In this document: piece after piece, positions 1-13,106 of the stretch
Layout: every line of letters starts with the position of its first letter
How positions within the stretch are numbered: position 1 is the stretch's first letter
Source of the DNA: Octopus sinensis
Taxonomy: Eukaryota
NCBI RefSeq assembly: GCF_006345805.1
Contig: NC_042998.1
Coordinates: 134,168,001 to 134,232,000 of the forward strand
Direction of reading: 5' to 3'
Length of the DNA: 64,000 nt
Made by a program: the position numbers and the translations under genes
Notes under the pieces: generated by a model
The model's database searches: none
Told to the model about the DNA's origin: nothing
The model's input: the letters and a program-made list of their open reading frames with translations, nothing else

Positions 1-698
1 ATCATTCGAAGCCTTCAATCTTCAGTCAGACACCGAATCATCATAGCAAATTTCGGCTGTTCAATTCTGATATTTGCTCCAACTCGGCCAGCCCCAAGAA
101 AAAAACTAAGCTGTAAGCATTAGATTTCTTGGTAGAAGACAAGAATGTAAACGCAAGAGACGGATGTAAATACAAGAGACGAAAACGAAATTGAAAACAG
201 TAATGGATAAACAAAATATAACGGTGGTTGTCTTACGACTTTAGACCAAATAAGACAAAAACAACAACAACATAGCAGCTGGCGTAGAAATAATTACCTT
301 TTCGGTAGAGGGGACACATGTTGGTCGAGATACGATCGCCAACAGAATGGTTAAGAAGCAGCAGGTTGCAGGAGAGAGAGAGAAAGAGAGACAGAGAGAG
401 AGGGAATCAAAGAGGGTGGGAGGCAGGGGACAGAATCAGTGACCAAGAGAAAAGGAGAAAGAAGGGGTTGAGGAGGATGGGAGGAAGAGGGGGGAAGAAT
501 CGGAGGACGCCAAAATAGTTTGGTAAAGAAGCAATGGCGGGTAGGAAAGAGAAAGTATATAGAAGTCGTGCAGGGTTTAAAATTGGATAAACAAACGGGG
601 GGGGTGCACGTAACGCCGCAATAATATAAGAATAAATGTTTTTATATATAAAGAACGTGAAATACAGGAAGGGACGAACACGGAACACAAACAAATCA

Positions 699-729
<31 letters not shown>

Positions 730-1059
730 TGAATTTAACAAAACCGCAACAAACGGAAAGTTTTACAAAAGCATAACAAAAAGAAAATTCGTAGCTTATT
801 CCTCATTAGCCAACGTCCAAAACATCATTACAATTTCGTGCCTTTAGTGTTGATATTGATCACTTTTTGTGGCGCCAGTGGCGAAAATCCACTGGAAATA
901 GCTAACGAATGTACAGGACAATGACAGGGTGCCCAGTGAAGACCACCCTCCTTACCAAACAGGCTTGCCAGTTTAGTCGCCGACAGTCTGACTATGCGAC
1001 AGTTTATTCAAGGTTACATACTACCGGTAGTACTAAGGGCTTTCTCTCTCTCTCTCTCC

Positions 1060-1098
<39 letters not shown>

Positions 1099-1159
1099 AT
1101 ATATAAACAACTTATAAACAAGGGCAAAAGAAAAAAAATATATATATATATATATATAT

Positions 1160-1290
1160 AGTTCAAATTTATGGAAAAACAAAGACGAAGGCAGGTGTAG
1201 GAACAACAAGAAAGTGTATTAACTGACGCTCGGGAAAAATGGAAAAAAACTTTTACGCTTCGAGTCTACACTCTTACCTATTTCTGTCAC
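1160..1290 (-). mobile_element. Short repeat relic with partial hammerhead-like stem, probably Penelope pLTR-derived
   Basis: Related to 23700-23900 (ggaaaa..aaagacgaa..caggtgta.gaacaacaag). Minus strand reads AA-GAGT-GTAG-ACTC-GAAGCGTA. Confidence 0.45.
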
Positions 1291-1376
1291 TCCTCTCTCG
1301 CTCTCTCACTCTCACTCACACACACACACACACACGCGCATATATATATAATATATATATATATATTATATATATA

Positions 1377-1417
<41 letters not shown>

Positions 1418-1418
1418 T

Positions 1419-1523
1419 ACGACATGCTTCTTTCAGTTTCCGTCTACAAATCCACTCACAAAGTTTTGGTCGACTCGAGGCTATACTAGAAGATACTTGC
1501 TCAGAGTGCCACGCAGTGAAACT
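1419..1523 (-). mobile_element. tRNA-derived SINE (family A), left part; continues at 5533-5575 after the LTR insertion
   Basis: Matches other family A copies (tttcagtttccgtctac..ccactcacaa). The sequence resumes as aactgaactcagaatcatgtggttg at 5533. Confidence 0.8.
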
Positions 1524-2203
1524 TATAGCGGGTTGGATGAAAGATACCCGGTCGATATGATGTAGCCCACTACTACATGTAACGTGTAGATGTAACGCTT
1601 AAAGGTCTCCCGTCGGAGTAACCAGTGAACATCGAACAATCAACACCAAGAAGGAAGAAATATCATTTATATATATATATTTATTCGTTTGCCCGACAGG
1701 TAGTTAAAGAGACAGTAGCAATTCTAGTGATAGTGACAACAAGGTTGGCTCGCTGGTTCATAGCTGATAGTGTAGGAAAAGGTTGTCTGTCAGTAGAGAG
1801 TGAAAGAGTAAGGAATTCACGGTGCTGACTAGAAACAAAGAACGGATAAAAGTGGCATCACCTTTCTTGCGGCCGAAAGCCTCTTTTCGCATGTCGAGCA
1901 AAAGGCGAAAGGAAGTGCTGCTCTTGGTTAAAGATGACGCAAAAGCGGATACTTGCTCCTTAGTCTGGCTGATACAATAGAAGAAGAGATAGGAACTGTT
2001 CTCTGTTATATAGACTATAGTCAGTAATGTAGGTCAAACCCTAAACAAAGGACTGGCCTTTCCTTTACCAGCACAGGTCCTAGGGCGTCGAGTATTTCCT
2101 CATCAATCATCTAGTGTAGAGAGGATTCCCTGCTTGTTTTGACAAGCAACAAGCGGGTAGATTTGGTTTCACATCTCAGGTCGGGTCAAGCTAGATCCCT
2201 ACA
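1524..2203 (-). repeat. 3' LTR
   Basis: Direct repeat of 4872-5532. Its terminal CA has mutated to TA. Confidence 0.85.
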
Positions 2204-2216
2204 CTACTCTCCCGCT
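2204..2216 (-). other. Polypurine tract
   Basis: Minus strand AGCGGGAGAGTAG lies immediately before the TGTAGGG start of the 3' LTR. Confidence 0.7.
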
Positions 2217-3169
2217 AGAGAGTTTCTAAAAACAGAAACGAACGATCAAGGGAAAAGAGTGCATTCATACAAAAATGCATTTTAAGACAATGTGAAAATA
2301 ACGTTCGATTGTGAAAAGTACTTTGTTGTTGGTAAATGTGATGCAAGGCTGAGAAAAATTGTACATATCAGGAGAAAGAATCCTGAGAATGTATACGGGA
2401 CAAGTATCTATTCGTGTGAGTCCGAATAGCGGTATCGCTTTGCGTGCGCAGAATACAGAATATTGCAGTCGGTGCGCGATTGAGGCAGTGAGTGAGCATG
2501 CAAGGGCGTATACATGAGTGTGAGAGAAAGTCTTGCAGCTCTGGAATAATCTGAGGCGAATGAGTGTGTGCATTCTCTATCTATGATATCAGCAAAAGTT
2601 TTCTTGCAGGATTGCATTTTGTGTGAAAATGCCTTGAAGGGATGTAGAAGTGAAATGTGTAAGACGTTGTTGACGCAGGCATTTGCTAAGATTAGCCAGA
2701 ACGACGACAATGTTGCATGCTGGCGCGTTGCGTATGACAATTTTCTCTATTAACTTCGTGACTAACCTGGGGCCGAACAGAGGCAAGATGTGTCTGGCAA
2801 GGGCACAGAGAGCATCAGCTGACATCCGACGTATACAGAGTCGGGGAAAAGAGTTGAGCGGGCACAGACATGAGAAGACGACTCTAAAGGAATCATGTTT
2901 TGGTGCATGTATGAAAGTGGGTGCAAGCCCGCAGGTTTGTATTTGAACGTTGAGAAAAAATTTTGTTTTGTTTTACAAACAAAATACAGAGCAGTGCATA
3001 AATGGGTCAGCGTGCGAAGAAAGAAATTGCAAACATTCAAAAGAACATTTAGCAGAAACCATGTAATAAAAACAGGTGAACAATGCGTGTGCATGAAATG
3101 TACAATACCAGTGGCCAACGAGAAAAAAAAAAACATTAGAAAAATATAGAACATTCAAAAACATATTTT

Positions 3170-4282
<1,113 letters not shown>

Positions 4283-4857
4283 TTTATTTATGTGTAAATA
4301 AATGAGCGTGTGCAGTGCAAACAAAACAGAATGAAAATGACAAACTTGACTAGAAAATGTTCTGGTCCTGAAAAGCTAAAAAGTAGCATTTGAAATGTGC
4401 GTGTAAAGAAAGTTAAAGTCTATGTACAAAAGTTAGCGTGGCATGCAGGTTAAATGTAGGACTGCGTTCGAAAAGTTTGTGGCTGTGGAGAACGTTGCAT
4501 GTGCTGGCTTCCATATTTCCAGGTAGTTTTTTGTCGGATCGTTGTCGAAATGTTTCGTTTTGTTTTATTGTAGATGGTTCTTTCGTGGCTGTGCAACGTA
4601 GTGGAGTGCATTCTGTGGCAGGCTCAAAGTACATGGTGGGTGTATATCGTGTCGGTGGAGCATGATGTGAAGGCTGTAATTCTTGAGCTCGGGTCACCAG
4701 AATGTAGCGACGAAATAGAAAATTTACCCGTAAAACAAAAAAATTGTCTTCATTTTCCAAATGCAATTAAGTTGGTAAAATAGAGGCAATCGTGTATGAG
4801 AACGTCGGGAAACATACGCGGCAACGGCTGTTAGATGAAGGCTGTAAATCTTTTAGC

Positions 4858-4869
4858 TCGGGGTCGCCA
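4858..4869 (-). other. Primer-binding site, tRNA-Trp type
   Basis: Minus strand TGGCGACCCCGA, 2 nt after the 5' LTR end. It matches the recalled tRNA-Trp 3' end (TCGGGGTCACCA) at 11/12 positions. Confidence 0.75.
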
Positions 4870-4871
4870 GT

Positions 4872-5532
4872 TGTGGCGGACTGGATGAAAGATGTGATAC
4901 TCGGTCGATATGATGTAACATGTAGATGTAACGCTTAACGGTCTCGCGTCGGAGTAACCAGTGAACATCGAACAATCAACACCAAGAAGGAAGAAATATT
5001 ATTTACATATATTTATTCGTTTGCCCGACATGTAGTTAAAGAGACAGTAGCAATTCTAGTGATAGTAACAAGGTCAGTTCGCTGGTTAGTAGTTGATAGT
5101 GTAGGAAAAGGTTGTCTGTCAGTAGAGAGTGAAAGAGTAAGGAATGCACGGTGCTGACTAGAAACAAAGAACGAATAAAAGCGGCATCACCTTTCTTGCG
5201 GCCGAAAGCCTCTTTACGCATGTCGAGCAAAAGGCGAAGGGAAGTGCTGCTCTTGGTTAAAGATGACGCAAAAGCGGGTGGTTGCTCCTTAGTCTAGCTG
5301 ATACAAAAGAAGAAGAGATAGGTACTGTTCTCTGTTATATAGACTATAGTCAGTAATGTAGGTCAAACTCTAAACAAAGGACTGGCCTTCCCTTTACCAG
5401 CACAGGTCCTAGGGCGTCGAGTATTTCCTCATCAATTATCTGGTGTGGAGAGGATTCCCTGCTTGTCTTAACAAGCAACAAGCGGGTAGATTTAGTTTCA
5501 AATCTCAGGTCGGGTCAAGCTAGATCCCTACA
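4872..5532 (-). repeat. 5' LTR
   Basis: TG...CA termini; direct repeat of 1524-2203. Confidence 0.85.
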
Positions 5533-5575
5533 AACTGAACTCAGAATCATGTGGTTGAGAAGCAAGTTTCTTATT

Positions 5576-5790
5576 TCTTTATTGCCCACAAGGGGATAAA
5601 CATAGAGGGGACAAACAAGAACAAACAAAGGGACTGAGTTGATTACATCGACCCAGTGCGTAACTGGTACTTAATTTATCGACCCCGAAAAGATGAAAGG
5701 CAAAGTCGACCTCGGCGGAATTTGAACTCAGAACGTAACGGCAGACGAAATACCGCTAACGATTCTTTCGGCTCGCCGCCTTTCTTACCA
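5576..5790 (-). mobile_element. tRNA-derived SINE (family C)
   Basis: Minus strand gttctgagttcaaattccgccgaggtcgactttgcctttcatc, shared with 6908-7075, 33197-33415 and others. Confidence 0.85.
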
Positions 5791-5847
5791 CACAACCACG
5801 CCTGCGCCTACATAGTATACGTGAAATTCCAAATGATAATATGCGGC

Positions 5848-5910
5848 TAAGTTGCTAGTGTCCTAGTTGCTAGTGTCCTAGTTGCTAGTGTCCTAAGTTG
5901 CTAGTGTCCC
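5848..5910. repeat. Minisatellite, 15/16-bp unit (t(a)agttgctagtgtcc) x4
   Basis: Directly visible tandem array. Confidence 0.9.
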
Positions 5911-5934
5911 TAATTATTAGGGGCTGGTGTTATT

Positions 5935-6135
5935 AGAACAAAGAGGATTTCAGAATACATGCGAGCATACGGAAACTACACCAACTTCACTTCAATTGAC
6001 GGCAAAAGATATTGGTAAAGGGTTGGCACTTACAGAGGAAGATTTGCAAATTTTTTGCTGATAACAACCATAATCGGGAACGTAACATGAAAATTAAAAG
6101 AGGAGTTTACAATGTTGATGATAACAAACAATAGT
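5935..6135 (+). pseudogene. Possible Tigger/pogo transposase C-terminal relic
   Basis: With one frameshift it reads QLTAKDIGKGLALTEEDLQIF/ADNNHNRERNMKIKRGVYN, similar by recall to the Tigger C-terminal LTLK.L...DPN.ER..KV.R motif. Confidence 0.35.
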
Positions 6136-6359
6136 ATGGATTTTCTCTCTCATCCTCCCAGTAACTTTCATTTAACCACCACTACCATCACCACCAACCA
6201 CCAACACCACCACCACGCCGCAGATAGCAGTCAACATCTTTTGCGGCTAGAACGTACATATTACGAACTACGATTTTTATTTATTCTTCAAATGCTTTCA
6301 TTTGTAGATATTGTACTGTATATGATTAGAAATTTATTATTTTCAAGCTTAAATATCGT

Positions 6360-6900
6360 CGTATTGGCCCGTTCCCCTACCCCATTTTCTCCCAAATTTG
6401 TTTATTTAAAAAAATTTTTTTGCAAAAGATCCCCGTTTTCGGACACAGAAGTTCCGGTAAATTGCCAAAAATCGGCATTGTGAAAATCGCGCCCCCTTCC
6501 CCCCAACTTCTTCAGTTTTGACTTTATTCCGCAACACTAACACTAAAACCCTAACCCTAAAACCCTAACCGTAAGTACAGAAATGTTTTGAAATTTTTAT
6601 CCGAATCCTGATGTCCGTATTTTTCCGCATATTTAGAAAAGAAAAAATTCTTTTTAAAAAATTTACAAAGATTTTTGGAATTTTTTTCAGAATCATAATC
6701 TCCGTATTTTTTCGCATATTTTGAGAAAAAAAATTCTGAAAAAAAGTTTAAAATGAAGGAAAAGGAGGGTGGGTAATTTTGAAATGTCGATTTTTGCCAA
6801 TTTTTTTTTTTTTTGCAGATTCGTATTCCCCGTAGCCGAATAGGGGGTGGAGTGGAAAAAAGTTTTAAAAAGGGTGGTTTTTGGTGGGGGACGGGCGGGA
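6360..6900 (+). mobile_element. AT-rich non-autonomous DNA element with internal subrepeats and aaccctaa motifs
   Basis: An inverted copy lies at about 28400-28920. Subrepeats gaatcataatc..cgtatttt..cgcatattt are present. Confidence 0.65.
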
Positions 6901-6907
6901 GTCTTGC

Positions 6908-7075
6908 CGTATAGCCGTTACATTCTGAGTTCAAATTCCGCCGAGGTCGACTTTGCCTTTCATCCTTTCGGGGTCGATAAATTAAGTACCAATTATGCAC
7001 TGGGGTCGACGTAATCCGTTTGCCTGTCCTTATTTGTCCCCTCTGTGTGTAGCCCCTTGTGGGTAGTAAAGAAAT
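6908..7075 (+). mobile_element. SINE family C
   Basis: ctgagttcaaattccgccgaggtcgactttgcctttcatcctttcggggtcgataaattaagtacc. Confidence 0.85.
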
Positions 7076-7179
7076 ATGTATATTCATTTATTTCGAAGAA
7101 AAATTCGTCGAAACGCATTATCACTATAAAACATGAAAATCAATGGGGTAATTTATTTTGTGTTATGATTAGCTTTCAG

Positions 7180-7224
7180 GAAAGTATTACTCTCGAAACG
7201 TTTGGTTTTCTTCTTTCATGTTAG
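7180..7224 (+). other. Candidate exon, possibly carrying the start codon (ATG TTA G|gtaagt)
   Basis: ctttcag acceptor and consensus gtaagt donor, at the edge of a CpG-rich zone. The phase-1 end fits exon 22546. Confidence 0.35.
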
Positions 7225-7904
7225 GTAAGTTTGTGCTAATATATTTCATACGTGAATATTTAAAAAAGTTCATTTATGAACGAAGCAGAGAAAAAATATT
7301 AATGAATTAGGTTAGTCCTATACTTTCTGAGTTTAAATTTCGCTGAGATAAACTTTGCCTCGGGAGACAAATAAAGTACCTACTTAGTAGCAATCGATTG
7401 AATCGATTCCATCTTATTCCAAATTTGGTGTCCATTTGACAACTTACCCATATCCAGACAAACAAGAAAGACAACTCCAAACATGAATGAGCCAGTTCTT
7501 TACTTGGTTATTTCCCTTACATTTTATACGTATCACCCATTACGTTAAGGGAGGTAACAATTCTAATTATAATAACATTTACATATTTAAATGAATTTAC
7601 TGCAAAGATTTTCAACTGAAAAGATATATTAGACACTACGGGGAAAAAAAATAAACGAAAGAAAAGGAAAATAATATCATTGTGGCATATATTTCAATCT
7701 TGACTCAATTTCGCAGTACTTTATTCCCCTCTTGACCAAATGTAGTTCAATTATGTCCCTTTAGAAATTCAATGAATGCTTTACAATTTATACAGGGGCG
7801 TAAATACATCAATACTGGTTATCAAGTGATGGTGGGAAACAAAACACACACACACATAAATATACCACACACACACACACAACACACACATACATTAATA
7901 GTTT

Positions 7905-8410
7905 TTTTTTTATAATTTCTATGTAACTAAACACTTTTAAACTTCGTATACTGGTAGAATGTGTTTATAAAACATCTTTTTCTCTTGGCTTTCTTGATAA
8001 AATTCTGTAGTTTGTAAGACATTTTCTTCAATTTTGGCAATTTCAACCAATCAATGACGTCTATTGAGGTGAAAACATTATCTGCCGTAAAATTTTCTGG
8101 CGGTGAAATATGAAAATGTCCGTTTAAGGAACAGATTGGGTTTATTTACATTTCTGAAGAAAAAAAGATACCCTTCCTCCCACCCCTAACCCTAACCTAA
8201 ACCTTAGCCCTAACCTTAACCCTAGTCCTAACCCAAAACAGATTGAAATGCAATAGATCGATACTAAGGCCATAATTATGGGTGGACACTAAAGAGGGAG
8301 AGGTTTTGTTATCCAGCTCTGTTTACGAGTGACCCCTCAGTTTATGGCCACAGGGTATCTTTTTTTCTCATAAATAACAGTGACAATTTTGTATGACACC
8401 AGAAATAAAT
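7905..8410 (+). mobile_element. MITE-like element, truncated relative of 26253-26660, with degenerate (CCCTAA)n
   Basis: Shares aaacttcgtatactggtagaatgtgtttataaaacat and aacagattgaaatgcaatagatcgatacta with the 26 kb copy. Confidence 0.7.
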
Positions 8411-8454
8411 GTTGTTGAAACACTACGGCAGAAATCGTTTTAGTGCTTAGGGTA

Positions 8455-8715
8455 TTAGTCTTGCAGTAGTGAATTGTGTCTTTGAGCAATACACTTTACT
8501 TACTCCAGTTCACTCAGCAGACAAAAATGAGTAGTATCTGTATTTTAAAGGGTCAGCCTTGTCACATCTTGTGTCACACTGAATCTCCCCGAGAACTACA
8601 TTAAGTGTACATGTGTCTGTGGCATGCTCAGCCACTTGCACATTAATTCACATGAAGGCTGTTCCAGTGATTGGATCAACTGGAACCTTTGTCATCATAA
8701 CCAACAGAGTGCCAT
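8455..8715 (+). mobile_element. SINE family D
   Basis: gtgtctttgagcaa..cactcagc..aaaaatgagtag..ggatcaactggaacc resembles a cephalopod SINE (by recall). Single copy in this window. Confidence 0.55.
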
Positions 8716-8742
8716 ATATATATATATATTATATATATATAT

Positions 8743-8744
<2 letters not shown>

Positions 8745-8774
<30 letters not shown>

Positions 8775-8935
8775 TTAACGTCCATTGTCCATGCTGGCAT
8801 GGGTTGGACGGTTTGATCAGTGGTGGCAAGCTGGAAGGCTGCACCAAACTCCAGTCTGATTTGGCAGTTTCTACAGCTTGATGTTCTTCCTGATGCCAAT
8901 CACTCTGAGAGTGTAATGGATGCTTTTACATGTCA
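8745..8935 (-). mobile_element. SINE or LINE-tail family B with (ATG)n tail
   Basis: Same sequence as the RTE 3' tail at 39720-39900. Confidence 0.8.
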
Positions 8936-8941
8936 TATATG

Positions 8942-9102
8942 CAATGGGCTTCTTTCAGTTTCCCTCTGCCAAATCCACTCACAAGGCCTTGGTTGACCTG
9001 AGGGTATAGTAGAGGACACTTTCCCAAAGTGCCTCACAGTGGGACTAAACCCTGAACTATGTGATTGGGAAACAAGCTTTTACCTCACAGCCATGCCTGT
9101 GC
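8942..9102 (-). mobile_element. SINE family A head
   Basis: Matches the family A head. Confidence 0.8.
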
Positions 9103-9304
9103 TTAGCTTAATTTTCTTAAATATGGTAATTTGTTGGACATCTATTCAGTCTTCATAGCTCCACCCACCATCAAGGGCAGGGTTTTGATCCTCCTGAAGG
9201 AAACATTTATAGAACTGTGTGAATTGGTCTGAATTATAGTTAACTTCATTCAATCTGTCCAATGCACTGAGCTGTGCGAATTGTAAGCACATGAAACAAA
9301 ATTC

Positions 9305-9480
9305 TTAGTGGCATTTTTTCTGGTTATACCTTCTGAGTACAAATGCTGCTGAGGTCAAGTTTGCCTTTCATCCTTTCAGGTTTGATTAAAGGAGTGCTAG
9401 TCAGCCACTGAGGTTGATGTAATCAACTAGCCATTTCTGCAAAAATTTCAGCCCTTATGCTTATAACAGAAAGAATTATT
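9305..9480 (+). mobile_element. SINE family C, diverged
   Basis: ctgagtacaaat..gaggtcaagtttgcctttcatcc. Confidence 0.7.
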
Positions 9481-10695
9481 TTAATCTAACCAAAACTCAA
9501 GGCTTCAGAGGGCTGTAAGTGCACAGCAAGGATTGCAGCTTCACCTCCAATCCCCAAGATCTCAGCCAACCAAGTTCTAGCTGATCCAGTACAGTATTTG
9601 AGATTTGTCTCATAATTATGTATTGTTTAAATAAACAGATAATCTAGCGGTGCCAGTCTTCTCCCCACATATCTTTGTTGCATAAAAGACTTGCTTGTTA
9701 AGTTTTAGCTCATGTGTGTGTGTGTACATGTGTACGTGCATGTGTGTACGTGTGTGTGTGTACATGTCTGTACAAGTGTGTATATATGTGTGTGTAAGTG
9801 TGTGTATGTGTGTGTGTGTGTGTGCTTGTATACATGTATGTGTTATTATGAGACATGGTCCTACTGACCTCAAACCCAAAAGCAAGGCATCATTCATGTA
9901 ATTCAAAAGGAACATTTTGAAACAGAAAAACACCAACACCTTTAACATATAATGGAACATGAGAAGGACATATAAACCAACAGAAAAAAAACATTATTTT
10001 GCAATACTGTATGTTAATTATATCATTGTACCATCAAAAGTAATTAAAAGGACATTTTACGGGAACATTATTTGTCAAATCAGACAATGAACTTCAACAA
10101 CTGAATAGCTGCATATGCTGACCCTTCTACATCTGAATTCATTGAGGAAGAACCAACGAACTATACTACCCATCCTGACATCTGCATATACAAATATCAA
10201 AATAAGCCTAACATCACCACACACACCTCTCTCTCTCCCCTCCATAATTACCATTCCTTTCTTTCTTTCCATCACCTTCTACTCCTCCCTACCAAATACA
10301 CACAGAACTGCCCACATACCTCAATCAACCTTTGCATTGGTTAAAATTGATAAACAACCTTTAGTTATACATTCACTGTTTCCAACGTTAATGCCGTATC
10401 ACCTGAGGAAATGAACACATGAATATGATCTATCCGACATCCATAGATACTACAAACTATACTGTAATCATCCCATGAATATAGACTATGATCGTAAGAA
10501 ACATGTCATTTGTGGAAACACATGTAGTGATGCATTAAAATATCTATAAATTCCATCCATGGATTATTAAGCTATATTTAGACTAAATCATTTTCAGCAC
10601 AGCTCTGTACAACCTCGTAAAACTGCTATTGCCAGTTGGTATCATTAGACTGTAGCTGACATAATAAAATAGGAGCTTTTATATGCAGCAGGAGC

Positions 10696-10860
10696 ATCAT
10701 CATCATCATCATCATCATCGTCGTCATCATCGTCGTCATCGTCGTCATCGTCATCATCGTCGTCATCGTCACCATCATCATCATGATCATCATCATCATC
10801 ATGATCATCATCATCATCATCATCATCATCATCGTTTAACATCTGCTTCCTATGCTAGCT
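10696..10860 (-). repeat. Long (CAT/CGT)n microsatellite forming a family B tail
   Basis: About 45 triplets abutting cgtttaacatctgcttcctatgctagc. Confidence 0.9.
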
Positions 10861-11681
10861 TGGGTTCTCAAAAACATTTGCTATAAACAAATTTGAAGGA
10901 TATACATACATATAAATATACATATATATATATATCTTGACACGTGTGTGCGTACACACACACATGCACATACATAGGATGGGCCAGAACTCATGCACCA
11001 AACCATTTGTCATTTTGTCTATGCTGTCATTATTATTATTATTATCATTATTATTATTATTCATTTTGTCCAGCATGTACAGGTACATGTGTAGTCATCA
11101 TTATTTTATCTATTTTATTTAAATCTAAAAAAAATTAAAGCATTTCTTTGACAATTTCAGAGTGTATTGAACTTATTTTAATTTTTTGGTAATTTTTTGA
11201 TAATTTCATGTCCCAAGGAATTTCCTGTAATTTCAATTTCTGAAGTTTATTGAATATTTGAACTAGCCAACTCAGTTCAAACTGTCCAATAATAATACAT
11301 CTATAATGACCATATGCCCTGGTGGTGTTTAATCAGAGGTTAAGGACAAATGAGAATTAATTCTGTAATGCAAACATTTTATTGTTCCAGTCCCAAGTTG
11401 AATTCCAACTGTTGGCCAATTTGTCTCAAAGTTCTTATTTTGACTTAAAAATCATGAAGCAAATGTCATTTTTCTGCCCCTTGATATCTGATGTCATCTG
11501 ACAAACACCAACCAAGATGGCATGAATTAGCCAAGCTTTACCTGCTAGAAATAACAACCCCTTTGAGAGAAGAGGAGGGCATTGGAAGAGGAGATCTTGT
11601 GTCAGATGATGAAAGGTCAGAGTAATACAGAGAGACAAAAACAGGTGACTTGCTGTAGGGGATGTACATGGTTACCGGGCC

Positions 11682-11727
<46 letters not shown>

Positions 11728-11835
11728 GGCAAAAACAGGTGTGCTGCTGTAAAGGAGATACATGGTTACCCAGCATATATGTGTGTGTGTGTGTATGTTT
11801 GTGTGGGGGTGTTTGTGTGAATATATATATAAAGA

Positions 11836-11854
11836 GACAGACAGACAGACAGTC

Positions 11855-11897
<43 letters not shown>

Positions 11898-11926
11898 TAG
11901 ACAGATAGATAGATAGATAGATAGAT

Positions 11927-11958
<32 letters not shown>
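11836..11958. repeat. (GACA)n(GATA)n microsatellite
   Basis: Direct reading. Confidence 0.95.
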
Positions 11959-12105
11959 GTAGGTACAGGCTTGCTTCCCAACCACATGGTTCTGGGTTGA
12001 GTCCCACTGCATGGTACTTTGGACAAGTATTTTTTACTATAGCCTCTAGTCAACCAAAGCCTTGTGGTTGGATTTAGTTGACAGAAACTGAAAGAAGCCT
12101 GTCAT
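11958..12105 (+). mobile_element. SINE family A head
   Basis: gcttcccaaccacatggttctgggttgagtcccactgcatgg. Confidence 0.8.
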
Positions 12106-13106
12106 ATGTATGTATGTATGTAAAATATATATATATATAAAGGAAATGAAGAAAATGCTGACAAAATAATTTAAGTAAGGGAGAGTGTATTTAATTAGGT
12201 GAAAGTTCTTTTTACCGGTTGCGCATTTGTTATGCTTATCAAAAGATATTTTTTTAAGAGAGATAGAGTTCCTTTCTGATAGATTTTTTTCTCTTATCTG
12301 ACTTTATGTTGGGTTTGCTGTCTCTTATATGTGAAAAAAGAGGCTCCAGAGTTGTTTAAGATTTGCTTGGTTTCGCGCCTTAAATTTCTTGTGTACAATG
12401 GTCAATACAATTTTGATTGGTCATTATAAAGGGGTCACGTGAATGTTTGAATGGAAGTTGGTTTTGGGGTAAGAAAATAGGCTCCAGAGATGTTAAAATT
12501 TGGCTAGTGTCGCGCCTAAAATTTCTTATTGGTCATAATAAAGAGGTCACGTGGATGTGGTCATAATAGAGAGGTCACGTGAATGTTTAGAATGAATGTT
12601 GATGTGGGTGGTGTATGGAGTTTTCGAAAATAGCGTCATTGAAAATTCTTATTGTTCAGGCTGGTCAGTAGACGTCATCTGGATATTTTAAATAGCTTTT
12701 TAGCGCGTAGTTAAGGAGTGTATTTTCCGCTTGACTGAATTTGAGCTGGATAAGTAAGTTCGTTTAGGACAGGAAGAGCTATATGTATGTATGTGTGCGC
12801 GCGCGTGTGTGTGTGTGTGTTTATATGTATGTTGGGGCGCACGCGCGTGTATATATGTGTGCGTGTGTGGGTACAATTTTCAATATTTATAGTTCTGCTG
12901 GCCTTGTGCCTGTATCGGGAAGCAACGTGTTTGTGTGAAGTCAATATTTACAGTCATTTCCAAATAATAGTGTTGGATGTTTTGCACCCGTATCAAATTA
13001 CGTGTATGTGTGGAACCATATATTTGCGTGTGTCATGGTGTTAATATCTGGGTAAAAGTGTGTGTAGGGTGTGTGCAGGTGTAAGTGTGTTTGTTGTGGG
13101 TTAGTG

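Noticed and set aside
318-703. ORFs 318-518 and 407-703
   Set aside because: Purine-rich low-complexity sequence, probably a repeat UTR relic, with no protein motif.
8185-8235. True telomere or chromosome-fusion site
   Set aside because: Short, degenerate and embedded in a repeat that recurs at 26 kb.
10626-10886. Poly-His, poly-Asp and poly-Met ORFs
   Set aside because: They are frames of the (CAT)n tail of a family B repeat.
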